Shown here piece by piece: positions 40,583-49,522 of a stretch of DNA of 64,000 bases (positions within the stretch are counted from its first letter, which is position 1; each line of letters starts with the position of its first letter). The stretch covers positions 1-64,000 of the forward strand of contig JBBQFH010000012.1 of the NCBI GenBank assembly GCA_038321865.1, written 5' to 3'. The position numbers and the translations under genes are program-made. This DNA comes from Gemmatimonadales bacterium. Its GTDB lineage: Bacteria > Gemmatimonadota > Gemmatimonadetes > Gemmatimonadales > GWC2-71-9. The notes under the pieces were generated by a model, which did not search any database, had not been told where the DNA came from, and worked only from the letters and a program-made list of their open reading frames with translations.

Positions 40583-41846
40583 GTCGCCGCACCGCGCGTC
40601 GGGCTATGCCGCGCTCGACCCGTGCGTCCACTGCGGCTTCTGCCTTCCCGCCTGCCCCACCTATCTCGCCACCGGTGACGAGGCCGACAGTCCCCGCGGC
40701 CGCATCATGCTGATGCGGGCGCTCGAACGCGGCGAGATCCCGGCCGACGACGGCGGGCTGGTGCAGCACCTCGATGCCTGTCTCGGCTGCCGCGGCTGTG
40801 AGCCGATATGCCCATCCGGCGTGGGATACGGTCGCGGACTCGAAGCCGCCCGCGAACAGCTCGCGGCGGCGAATGGCCTCGGCCCGCGGGCGCGCGCGGT
40901 GCTCGGGGTGTTCCGCCGTTCACCGCTGTGGCGCGCCGCCTTCACCAGCGCGCGCTGGCTCCGGCGCACCGGCCTGCCGGCGCGATTCGCCGGCGCGGGC
41001 AATGCGGCGTTCGGCCTGGGCATGCTCGCGGCAACCCGCCCGCTCCGCATCCCGCACGGAGAACCGGCGGCCTCGGGCGCCCGCGGGACCGTCGCGCTCT
41101 TCCGCGGCTGCGTCATGGACACCCTGTTTCGCCACGTGCACGATGCGACGCGACGCACCCTCGAGGCCAACGGCTACACCGTGATCGAGGTCGGCGGGCA
41201 GGTATGCTGTGGCGCCCTGCACGAGCATGCCGGCGCCCGTTCCGGCGCCGAGGCGCTCGCGCGCCGGAACGTCGCCGCCCTGGCCGGGAAGGCGGACTAC
41301 ATCGTGGTCAACAGCGCCGGATGCGGCGCCCTCCTCAAGGACTACGGTCACCTGCTCGGCACCGACGCGGCCGCTCGATTCGGATCGCAGGTGCGCGACG
41401 TGACCGAGCTGCTCGCCGCCGCCGGGCCACGCTCGGGCGGCGCGCTCGACCTCGACGTGGCGTACGACGCGCCCTGTCATCTTCAGCACGCGCAGCGGGT
41501 GCAGGCCCCCCCGCTCGCCTTGCTCGCGGCAATTCCGGGACTTCGGCTGACCGTTCTTCCCGGCTCCGAGCGGTGCTGCGGCAGCGCCGGCATCTACTCC
41601 ATGCTCCATCCGGAGATGGCGCGCGCGGTGCTGGATCTCAAGCTCGCCGAGCTGGCGGCGGCGGTGCCGCGTCCGGCCATCGTCGCGACGGGGAACCCGG
41701 GCTGCCTCATGCAAATCGGCGCGGGACTCCGCGCGGCGCGGCTCCCGATTGCGGTCGCGCACCCCGTTGAGTTGCTCGATTGGTCATACGAGGCCGGCGG
41801 CATCTACGGCTATATTCCGCCATGGAAGCCGCTGAGATCGACCTGA
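40569..41846 (+). CDS. glcF: Glycolate oxidase Fe-S subunit GlcF
   Basis: CVHCGFCLPACP and CLGCRGCEPICP 4Fe-4S motifs; two CCG domains. Confidence 0.92.
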   Translation: MPPPESPHRASGYAALDPCVHCGFCLPACPTYLATGDEADSPRGRIMLMRALERGEIPADDGGLVQHLDACLGCRGCEPICPSGVGYGRGLEAAREQLAAANGLGPRARAVLGVFRRSPLWRAAFTSARWLRRTGLPARFAGAGNAAFGLGMLAATRPLRIPHGEPAASGARGTVALFRGCVMDTLFRHVHDATRRTLEANGYTVIEVGGQVCCGALHEHAGARSGAEALARRNVAALAGKADYIVVNSAGCGALLKDYGHLLGTDAAARFGSQVRDVTELLAAAGPRSGGALDLDVAYDAPCHLQHAQRVQAPPLALLAAIPGLRLTVLPGSERCCGSAGIYSMLHPEMARAVLDLKLAELAAAVPRPAIVATGNPGCLMQIGAGLRAARLPIAVAHPVELLDWSYEAGGIYGYIPPWKPLRST

Positions 41847-42817
41847 CCCTCGACCGTGCGCAGCTGGAGCGCGTCCGTCAGGGATCGGTCATCGTCACCA
41901 CGTTCCCCACCGTGCTCCGAATCGAGGGCGCCGGCGCGCTCCAGTGCCTTCAGGGTCTGCTCACCAACGATCTCGCCAAGCCGGGCGACCACAGCCTCGT
42001 CTACGGCGCGCTGCTCACCCCGAAGGGCGCCATCGTGGTGGACTTCTGGGTTGCCCGCGCGGCGGACGGGTTCACGCTGGTCGCCGCGCCGGGTGCGCGC
42101 GACGCCTCGCTCGACCTCTTCCGCCGGCAGCTGCCGCCGCGCCTGGCGCGGCTCACCGACCAGACGGGCGAAGTGCAGGTCAGCTGGCTCGTCGGCGCGG
42201 GCGCCTTCCAGACCCTGGCCAAGGCCGGGCTGGGCCCGCTGCCCGAAGCGGCTGGCCGCGTGTCGGTGGTGGACACGATCCAGGGCCGCCTGATCATGGC
42301 GCTCGCGCCGGAGCGCGCCCCATTCGCCGCCTTCATGCTCGGACCGGCCAGCGCCATCACGCTCGCCGGTGACACCCTCCGGGGCGCTGGCGGCATCGAC
42401 GGTACCGCCGCGGACCTCGACGCCGCCCGCATTCTGGCCGGCTGGCCGACACTCGGCGCCGAAATCGATGACCGCACGCTCCCGCAGGAGGTGCGCTACG
42501 ATGAAATCGGCGGGGTGTCGTACACCAAGGGCTGCTACACCGGTCAGGAAACCGTCGCTCGGCTCCACTTTCGCGGCCACACCAACCGCGAGCTCCGTGG
42601 GCTTCGCTGGCCCGGGAGCGCAATGCTCGACTCACGGCAGGTGACGCGGGACGGCAAGGAAGTCGGCGTGGTCCGCTCGACGCTGGGGCTGGACGACCGG
42701 ATGCTCGGGCTGGCGATGCTGCGGCGGGAAGTGGCGGTGGGCGACCTGGTCACGGCGGGCGGGCGGGAGGCGACCGTCGTCGCGCTGCCGTTCGGCGCGG
42801 CGGACCTCGAGGTCTGA
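41822..42817 (+). CDS. ygfZ: Folate-binding Fe-S maturation protein YgfZ
   Basis: LQGLLTND and the signature KGCYTGQE. Confidence 0.93.
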   Translation: MEAAEIDLTLDRAQLERVRQGSVIVTTFPTVLRIEGAGALQCLQGLLTNDLAKPGDHSLVYGALLTPKGAIVVDFWVARAADGFTLVAAPGARDASLDLFRRQLPPRLARLTDQTGEVQVSWLVGAGAFQTLAKAGLGPLPEAAGRVSVVDTIQGRLIMALAPERAPFAAFMLGPASAITLAGDTLRGAGGIDGTAADLDAARILAGWPTLGAEIDDRTLPQEVRYDEIGGVSYTKGCYTGQETVARLHFRGHTNRELRGLRWPGSAMLDSRQVTRDGKEVGVVRSTLGLDDRMLGLAMLRREVAVGDLVTAGGREATVVALPFGAADLEV

Positions 42818-42884
42818 TCGGGGGTAAAACGATCGAGCCCGGAACCGTGGTCCCGGGCCCAATACGACAGTGCGGAGCAGCGCT

Positions 42885-43100
42885 CTACTTGGTCTTGGTG
42901 GTATCCCGGACCATCATCGAATCGACCTTCTTGGTGCTGTCCATCCGCATCATGCCGGTGTCGCCCGCCATGCGCGTGGTGTCGCTCGACATCGTGGTGG
43001 TCGTGGTGCTGGTCATCGTGGTGTCGGCCGTGACCGAGGCGTCCTTCTTGGTGCCGCACGCCGCCAGGACGATAACAGCCGCAATCGCAAGCTTCTTCAT
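42885..43100 (-). CDS. Small Thr/Met/Asp-rich lipoprotein
   Basis: MKK start, lipobox LAAC, low-complexity mature part; GAAGGA SD. Confidence 0.85.
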   Translation of the reverse strand: MKKLAIAAVIVLAACGTKKDASVTADTTMTSTTTTTMSSDTTRMAGDTGMMRMDSTKKVDSMMVRDTTKTK

Positions 43101-43179
43101 TGTGGTTCCTTCTCAGGGATAAGGTGGCAAGACGTCGAGAGCCATGCCCCGCACTGTCGCAGAGGCATAACGGCGCACG

Positions 43180-43207
43180 AAACTACCGCCAATCGCGATT
43201 TTGTCAA
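43180..43207 (-). promoter_or_regulatory. Putative sigma70 promoter of the small lipoprotein gene
   Basis: Perfect TTGACA (43207-43202), 16 nt, TAGTTT (43185-43180). Confidence 0.5.
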
Positions 43208-43295
43208 GTCGCGCGCAGGCCGGCGGATTTCAGTATGGTTAACCCAAATGATTATACCACAATAGCTTAATATAGCAAGGAGCAGCTGACTCACC

Positions 43296-44756
43296 ATGAG
43301 CCTCCCCCGCACATTCGGCGACCTCAAGCAGAGCGAGTGGGCCGACGCGCCCCTCCGCGGCCGCGGCGTTCGCGACGAGCTGCGCACCAATCTGCTCGCC
43401 CGCCTCGGCTCCGGAGCGCCGCTGTTCCCCGGCATCGTGGGCTACGAGGACACCATCGAGCCCCAGCTGGTCAACGCGCTCCTGGCCCGCCACCATTTCA
43501 TCCTTCTCGGTCTCCGCGGTCAGGCCAAGAGCCGGATCCTGCGCGCCCTGGTCGGGTTCCTCGACCCGCGCATGCCGGTCGTGGCCGGCAGCGAGGTCAA
43601 CGATGATCCGTTTGCCCCCATCTCGAAGTTCGCCCGCGAGCGGATCGCGGAATGCGGGGACGCCACGCCGATCGGCTGGGTGGACCGCTCACAGCGCTAC
43701 GTCGAGAAGCTGGCGACGCCCGACGTCACCATCGCCGACCTGATCGGCGACCTCGATCCGATCAAGGCCGCGCGCGGCGGGCACATCCTCTCGGATGAGC
43801 TCACCATGCACTACGGGCTCCTGCCGCGCGCCAACCGCGGGATCTTCGCGATCAACGAGCTGCCCGACCTCAGCGGCAAGGTCCAGGTCGGCCTCTTCAA
43901 CATCATGCAGGAAGGCGACGTGCAGATCAAAGGGTACCCGGTCCGCCTGCCGCTCGACGTGCTGCTCGCGTTCACCGCCAACCCCGAGGACTACACCGCG
44001 CGCGGCAAGATCATCACGCCCCTGAAGGACCGGATCGGCTCCGAGATCATCACCCACTACCCGCGCACGCTCGAGCTGGGCATGGAGATCACCGCCCAGG
44101 AGGCGTGGACCGCGCGGGGCGGGCTCCCGCTCCGGATTCCCGACTTCATGGCGGAACTGGTCGAGCGTGTGGCCTTCGAGGGCCGGGAGGACAAGCGGGT
44201 GGACAAGCGTTCGGGTGTGAGCCAGCGCCTGCCGATCAGTGTGCTGGAGAACGCCGTCTCCAACGCCGAACGGCGGGCAGTGGCGCTGGGCGAGAAGGAG
44301 GTGATGCCGCGCGTGAGCGATGTCTACGCGGCGGTGCCGTCCATCACCGGAAAGCTCGAGCTGGAATACGAAGGGGAGCTGCAGGGCGGCGACGTGATCG
44401 CCCGCGAGCTCATCCGGCGCGCTGCTGGTCACACCCTCGCGGCCCGGCTCGGCGACGCCGACCTTCTCGGCGTCGTCACCTGGTTCGACCAGGGCGGGGC
44501 CCTCAAGGTCTCGGGTGATCAGCGCTCCGATATCTGCCTGAAGGGATTTGGCGTGGTTCCCGGACTCGTCGATACAGCGGAGCGCATCGGGCTCGGCGCC
44601 CGGGGAGACGCGGCGCTGACCGTCGCGGGATGCGAGCTGATTCTGGAAGGCCTGGCGGCGGAGAAGCGGATCAGCCGCAGCGAGGAGCTGGGCTATAGCC
44701 GCGCCAGGCCGGAGCGGCGCGAGCCGCCCTACGGGAAGGGGCTGGCATTTGGGTAA
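43296..44756 (+). CDS. AAA+ ATPase of the ChlI/MoxR-related group that is paired with vWA proteins
   Basis: Deviant Walker A GLRGQAKS, Walker B FAINE, IGDLDPIK and ANPEDYTARG motifs. Confidence 0.85.
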   Translation: MSLPRTFGDLKQSEWADAPLRGRGVRDELRTNLLARLGSGAPLFPGIVGYEDTIEPQLVNALLARHHFILLGLRGQAKSRILRALVGFLDPRMPVVAGSEVNDDPFAPISKFARERIAECGDATPIGWVDRSQRYVEKLATPDVTIADLIGDLDPIKAARGGHILSDELTMHYGLLPRANRGIFAINELPDLSGKVQVGLFNIMQEGDVQIKGYPVRLPLDVLLAFTANPEDYTARGKIITPLKDRIGSEIITHYPRTLELGMEITAQEAWTARGGLPLRIPDFMAELVERVAFEGREDKRVDKRSGVSQRLPISVLENAVSNAERRAVALGEKEVMPRVSDVYAAVPSITGKLELEYEGELQGGDVIARELIRRAAGHTLAARLGDADLLGVVTWFDQGGALKVSGDQRSDICLKGFGVVPGLVDTAERIGLGARGDAALTVAGCELILEGLAAEKRISRSEELGYSRARPERREPPYGKGLAFG

Positions 44757-44760
44757 TTCC

Positions 44761-46230
44761 ATGGTGCATTTGCCTGACGCCGCCGCCGGGTGCCGCCTTC
44801 TGCTGGTCGGACTGTCCGTCGTCGTCGCCTCCTGCGCGCCACCAGACCCGCCGGCGAACGCGCCGCTCTACGACCTTGTGATCTCGAACGGGCGTGTCAT
44901 GAATCCCGCATCGGGGCTCGACTCGACCCGACAAATCGGGATTTCAGGTGGCGTTATTCGGGCGGTCAGCGCGCAGGCTCTGCGCGGTCGAGACACCCTT
45001 GATGCGCGCGGAATGGTCGTGGCTCCCGGATTCATCGATCTGCATCAACACGCGCAGGACTCGGCAGGGTACCGCGTCGAAGTTCTCGACGGCACGACGA
45101 CGGCGCTCGAACTTGAAGGTGGAACGGTGGACATCGATCGCTGGTACGACGCGCGCGCCGGCAAGTCGATCATCAATCACGGCGTAGGCGTCGGACATGA
45201 CCGGGTCCGCATGCGGGTAATGCATGATCCGGGGACCGATACCCCGATGGGTCCCGCGAAGTCACGGGCGATGTCCCCTGCGGAAATGGAGGAAATGACA
45301 TCAATCGTGGATCATGGATTTCGACGCGGTGCGATCGCCGCGGGAATGATCATCGAGCTGACGCCGGCGGCGACTCCCTGGGAAATCTTGGAAGTGTATC
45401 GGGTGGCGGCGAAATACGGTGCGGCCGTGCACGTACACATGCGCGCGCTCCAGGAACCGCAATATTTTCTCGAGACCGAAGAGGTGATTGCCGCGACGGC
45501 AGCGACCGGCGCTGCGTCGCACATCGTGCACATCCAGAGCTCGGAGGGCGAAGACACGCCGCGCGCGCTGGAGCTGGTTCGCGGCGCGCGCGCGCGCGGG
45601 CTGGACATCACGGCGGAGGTATATCCGTACACTGCGTCCATGTCGAAGATCGAGGGCGCGGACCTTGACGACTGGAAGACATGGTCGAATAGCAAATTCC
45701 AGCGTTTTGAGTGGGCGCTGACAGGGGAAAGGTTGACACGCGCGACGTTTGGCAGGTATCGCGCTATCGGCGGGTTCATCGTGGAATACAGCAATCCCGA
45801 AAGCGTCGTCGCTGCTGCCGTCGCCGACTCCCTGACAATGATCGCCAGCGATGGAATTCTGCACGCCGGCATGGGACATCCACGCGTCGCGGGCACGTTC
45901 GCCCGGGTGCTCGGCCACTACGCACGGGACGTCGGAGCGTTGACGTTGATGGACGCGCTACGCAAGATGACCATTGAACCGGCGCGGCGGCTCGAACACC
46001 GCGTTCCAGCGATGGCGCGCAGAGGTCGCCTCGAGGCTGGAGCGTCGGCGGACATCGTGGTGTTTGATGCCGCCACGGTGATCGACGGCGCCACATATCG
46101 CCAGCCGACACTGCCGCCAACCGGGATTCGTGATGTGCTTGTGAACGGGGTGCCTGTTGTGCGGGCGGGAGTGCTCCGGAACGGAATCTTCCCGGGACAA
46201 CCGATTCGAGGTGCGGTCCAGCAGCCCTAG
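44761..46230 (+). CDS. N-acyl-D-amino-acid deacylase-family amidohydrolase, probable lipoprotein
   Basis: APGFIDLHQH, HVHMR, EVYPY, IASDG, HPR and ADIVVFD motifs; VVASC lipobox-like segment. Confidence 0.88.
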   Translation: MVHLPDAAAGCRLLLVGLSVVVASCAPPDPPANAPLYDLVISNGRVMNPASGLDSTRQIGISGGVIRAVSAQALRGRDTLDARGMVVAPGFIDLHQHAQDSAGYRVEVLDGTTTALELEGGTVDIDRWYDARAGKSIINHGVGVGHDRVRMRVMHDPGTDTPMGPAKSRAMSPAEMEEMTSIVDHGFRRGAIAAGMIIELTPAATPWEILEVYRVAAKYGAAVHVHMRALQEPQYFLETEEVIAATAATGAASHIVHIQSSEGEDTPRALELVRGARARGLDITAEVYPYTASMSKIEGADLDDWKTWSNSKFQRFEWALTGERLTRATFGRYRAIGGFIVEYSNPESVVAAAVADSLTMIASDGILHAGMGHPRVAGTFARVLGHYARDVGALTLMDALRKMTIEPARRLEHRVPAMARRGRLEAGASADIVVFDAATVIDGATYRQPTLPPTGIRDVLVNGVPVVRAGVLRNGIFPGQPIRGAVQQP

Positions 46231-46283
46231 TAGTCGAGCGATGCGTATCGCACCTCCGCCGCCGGCGGCATCATTTGCTTCGA

Positions 46284-46937
46284 TCAGGAAGGCTCCGCCC
46301 TGGTCTCCGCCTCCCACCCCATGGCCTTGGCCCGGCCGACGATGACCGCGGCGGCGCCGGCCAGACCCAGCGCGCCGGTGTTGAGGACCATGTGGTAATG
46401 CACCGGGTCGGTCCAGTCGCGCTGATAGTACTCGCGGTGGTACCGCTTCCGCATCGCGTCGGTCTCGTCCACGATCTTGGTGACCTCGACCGGATCCATG
46501 CCCAGCCGGAGCGACGCGGCGTGGATGCGAAAGGCGCGCGGCGCGACGAGCTTCACGTGCAGTGCGTCCTCGGTCTGGCCGAGCACCGCGGGTGCCGCGC
46601 GCCCCACCAGCACCACCCGTCCCCGGCTCGCCATCTCGGCCACCACGGCTTCGGTGATGCGAACCAGCGTTGCCTCGTCGAGATCGGCCACGGTGCCGCC
46701 GGCCGGCGGAAAGAGCTCGGGCGTGGCGGCCGCAAGCGTTCGCGTCAGCCGCTCGACGAAGCCGGGTGCCCGTTCATCGCGGTCGGCGGCCTGCGCCACG
46801 GACACGCCGGCCCGCTCCGCCACCTGCTCGATCAGCTCGTTGTCCACCACGGACCAGCCGAGGGCTTCCGCCACGCGGCGGGCGACGTCGGAACCGCCGG
46901 CGCCGAACTGGCGCGAGATGGTGATGACCATGGGCAT
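46284..46937 (-). CDS. Cytidylate kinase-like family protein
   Basis: VITISRQFGAGG P-loop-like motif, VGR, R..YH..YY and YHMVLNT; start ATG 46937 or 46931. Confidence 0.88.
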   Translation of the reverse strand: MPMVITISRQFGAGGSDVARRVAEALGWSVVDNELIEQVAERAGVSVAQAADRDERAPGFVERLTRTLAAATPELFPPAGGTVADLDEATLVRITEAVVAEMASRGRVVLVGRAAPAVLGQTEDALHVKLVAPRAFRIHAASLRLGMDPVEVTKIVDETDAMRKRYHREYYQRDWTDPVHYHMVLNTGALGLAGAAAVIVGRAKAMGWEAETRAEPS

Positions 46938-46941
46938 AAAG

Positions 46942-48189
46942 CTACGGCAAAACGGGTGAGTGCGCACCGGGGCGGAACGAGGTCCGGCGCAGCACGATCG
47001 TCCCCGCCGCGAGGGCACAGGCCACGCCCCCCGACGCAAAGGCCGCCCGCACGCCGAACCGCTCGGCCAGCCAGCCCATCTGCAGCGAGCCGAACGGCGC
47101 CATCCCGAGGGCGACGAACGAGTAGAACCCCATCACCCGCCCGCGGAGATGGTCGGGGGCCTGGCGCTGCAGGAGGGTGTTCGTGGTGATACCGGAGAGC
47201 GCCATGGCGCAGCCCGTCGCGAGAAGCACCAGGCAGGCCGATACGAATCCGCCGGCCAGCGATGCTCCGACGAGCAGCACCCCGAAGACTCCGGCACCGC
47301 CGACGGCCACGCGCCCCTGGCGCACCCGGCTGCCGAACGCCGCGAAGGAGAGCGCGCCGACTGCGGCGCCGACGCCCACGGACGAGACGATGACGCCGTA
47401 TCCGCCGGCGCCCGTGTGGAGCACGTCCCGGGCAAAGACGGGCAGCATGGTGAGGAACGAGTAGCCGAACACGCTGACGGTGGCGGTCAGGGTGATGAGG
47501 GTCCGGGGCCAGCGTTCCCGCGTGACGTAGCGGAATCCTTCGCGGAGTCCTTCCCGGAATCCGGTGGTGATCTCGCTGGCCACCGGACGGGGTGGCAGGC
47601 GCATCATGAGCAGTCCGGCGATCACCGCGATGTAGCTGAGCGCGTTCGCGAAGAAGCACGCCGCGAGGCCGATCGCCGCGATGAGGACGCCGGCGACGGC
47701 CGGTCCGATCACGCGCGAGACGTTGAAGGCCGACGAGTTGAGCGCGATCGCGTTCATCAGGTCGTCCCGGCCCACCAGGTCCACCAGGAACGCCTGCCGG
47801 GTGGGCACCTCGAACGCGACGAGGATCCCGAAGAAGATGGCGAGTCCCACCACCCAGGCGACGGTCACCAGGTGGAACGCGGTAAGCACGCCGAGCGAGA
47901 GCGCCTCGCAGAGCATCAGCGACTGGAGGATCAGGATGAGGCGATGCTTGTCCACCCGGTCGGCGAGGACGCCGCCGTACAGGGTGAACAGCAGGATCGG
48001 CAGCGAGCCGAGCGCGGTGACCAGCCCCACCGCGAGCGGCGAGTTGGTAAGCGTCAGCACCAGCCAGCCGTGCGCGACGGTCTGCATCCAGCTGCCGCAC
48101 AGCGACAGGAACTGCCCGCCCAGAAACAGGCGGAAATTCCGGTGGCGGAGCGAGGCGAGGGCGGAAACCGCGGGCAGGCGTGCGAGCAC
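46942..48189 (-). CDS. MFS transporter (MFS_3/H+ antiporter-like)
   Basis: LRHRNFRLF, GGVLADRVDK, NAIALNS and LRGRVM motifs; about 12 TM segments. Confidence 0.92.
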   Translation of the reverse strand: MLARLPAVSALASLRHRNFRLFLGGQFLSLCGSWMQTVAHGWLVLTLTNSPLAVGLVTALGSLPILLFTLYGGVLADRVDKHRLILILQSLMLCEALSLGVLTAFHLVTVAWVVGLAIFFGILVAFEVPTRQAFLVDLVGRDDLMNAIALNSSAFNVSRVIGPAVAGVLIAAIGLAACFFANALSYIAVIAGLLMMRLPPRPVASEITTGFREGLREGFRYVTRERWPRTLITLTATVSVFGYSFLTMLPVFARDVLHTGAGGYGVIVSSVGVGAAVGALSFAAFGSRVRQGRVAVGGAGVFGVLLVGASLAGGFVSACLVLLATGCAMALSGITTNTLLQRQAPDHLRGRVMGFYSFVALGMAPFGSLQMGWLAERFGVRAAFASGGVACALAAGTIVLRRTSFRPGAHSPVLP

Positions 48190-48214
48190 GCCGGAAGGTA
48201 ATTAGACTCAGGCC

Positions 48215-49501
48215 ATGCGGTTCACGACGTATTCGAAATACACGGCCGAGCTCGCCGATCAGGTCAACCTCCAGGGCCTGCTCGACCAGCTGGGCGACTT
48301 CCTGCTGCAGTCCGGCTTCGCCGGCGGTGACGGCGGGTTCTGGGGTGACGAGCCCGAAGGCGATCGCTCCCTCGATGCCCTGCGGCAGGCCATCCTCCAG
48401 GCCCTGATGGAGTCGGGCCAGCTCACCCCCGACATGCTCAAGGTCCTCCGCGGCGATACCACGGGAACCGAGGCCGGCGACAGGGAGATCGAGCGGCAGC
48501 TCGCCGAGATGCTGGACCGGATCGTTCAGCGGCTGATCGACGAGGGCTTTCTGAACGTCTCCCAGGCGCCGCAGGTGCCGGCCGGGCATCAGGCGGTCCT
48601 CGGCCCCGGCGGCCAGGCGCATTCCGCCGCCCAGCAGGTCCAGTTCAATCTCACCGACAAGGGCGTCGACTTCCTCGGCTACAACACGCTGAAGAGTCTG
48701 CTCGGAAGTATCGGCCGCTCCAGTTTCGGCGCGCACGAGACGCCCCATCTCGCCACCGGTGTCGAGGCGGAGTCCTCGAGCAAGCCCTACGAATTCGGCG
48801 ACGTGCTCAACCTCGACGTTCCGGCCACGCTGGGCAACGCGATCGCCCGCGAGGGGCTCGGCGTCCCGCTCAATCTTGAGTACGGCGACCTGATGGTGAG
48901 CCAGTCGGAGTATCGCTCATCGGCTGCGACGGTGCTGATGCTCGACTGCTCCCACTCGATGATCCTCTACGGCGAGGATCGGTTTACGCCGGCCAAGAAG
49001 GTCGCCCTCGCCCTGACGCACCTGATCCGCACCCAGTTCCCCGGCGACAGTCTTCGCGTCGTGCTCTTTCACGATTCGGCGGAGGAGATCCCGCTCCGCG
49101 CCCTCGCCTCGGCGCAGGTGGGACCGTATCACACCAATACGGCGGAAGGACTCAAGCTGTCGCGGCGGATCCTGGCGGCGCAGAAGAAGGACATGCGCCA
49201 GATCATCATGATCACCGACGGCAAGCCGAGCGCGCTCACCATGCCCGACGGCCGGGTCTACGTGAATTCGATGGGGCTCGACCCGGCGATCCTCCAGGCC
49301 ACCTACCGCGAGGTGGCCGAGTGCCGGCGCGCCGGCATCATGATCAACACCTTCATGCTGGCGCGGGACAGGAGCCTGGTGGAGTTCGTGAAGCAGGTCG
49401 CCGCGATCTGCCGCGGCAAGGCCTACTTCACCAACACCATGACGCTGGGCCAGTTCATCCTGATGGACTTCATGAAGCGGAAGACCAAACGGGTGTCATA
49501 G
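48215..49501 (+). CDS. vWA-domain protein, likely partner of the AAA+ ATPase at 43296
   Basis: MIDAS DCSHS, TNT and ITDG motifs; YEFGD..NLD. Confidence 0.9.
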   Translation: MRFTTYSKYTAELADQVNLQGLLDQLGDFLLQSGFAGGDGGFWGDEPEGDRSLDALRQAILQALMESGQLTPDMLKVLRGDTTGTEAGDREIERQLAEMLDRIVQRLIDEGFLNVSQAPQVPAGHQAVLGPGGQAHSAAQQVQFNLTDKGVDFLGYNTLKSLLGSIGRSSFGAHETPHLATGVEAESSSKPYEFGDVLNLDVPATLGNAIAREGLGVPLNLEYGDLMVSQSEYRSSAATVLMLDCSHSMILYGEDRFTPAKKVALALTHLIRTQFPGDSLRVVLFHDSAEEIPLRALASAQVGPYHTNTAEGLKLSRRILAAQKKDMRQIIMITDGKPSALTMPDGRVYVNSMGLDPAILQATYREVAECRRAGIMINTFMLARDRSLVEFVKQVAAICRGKAYFTNTMTLGQFILMDFMKRKTKRVS

Positions 49502-49522
49502 CCCCTGCGCTCGGCCCGGGAG

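Noticed and set aside
41822..41846. Frameshift or fusion between glcF and ygfZ
   Set aside because: Both proteins appear complete; the 25-nt overlap is explained by a short glcF tail and an independent ygfZ start.
43296..44756. Photosynthetic Mg-chelatase BchI or a sigma54 activator
   Set aside because: No bch genes nearby, no GAFTGA loop or HTH, and deviant Walker motifs fit the vWA-associated group.
44757..48214. Mobile element between the AAA+ and vWA genes
   Set aside because: No integrase or transposase and no convincing terminal repeats; the shared GGTAATT near both ends is too short to be significant.
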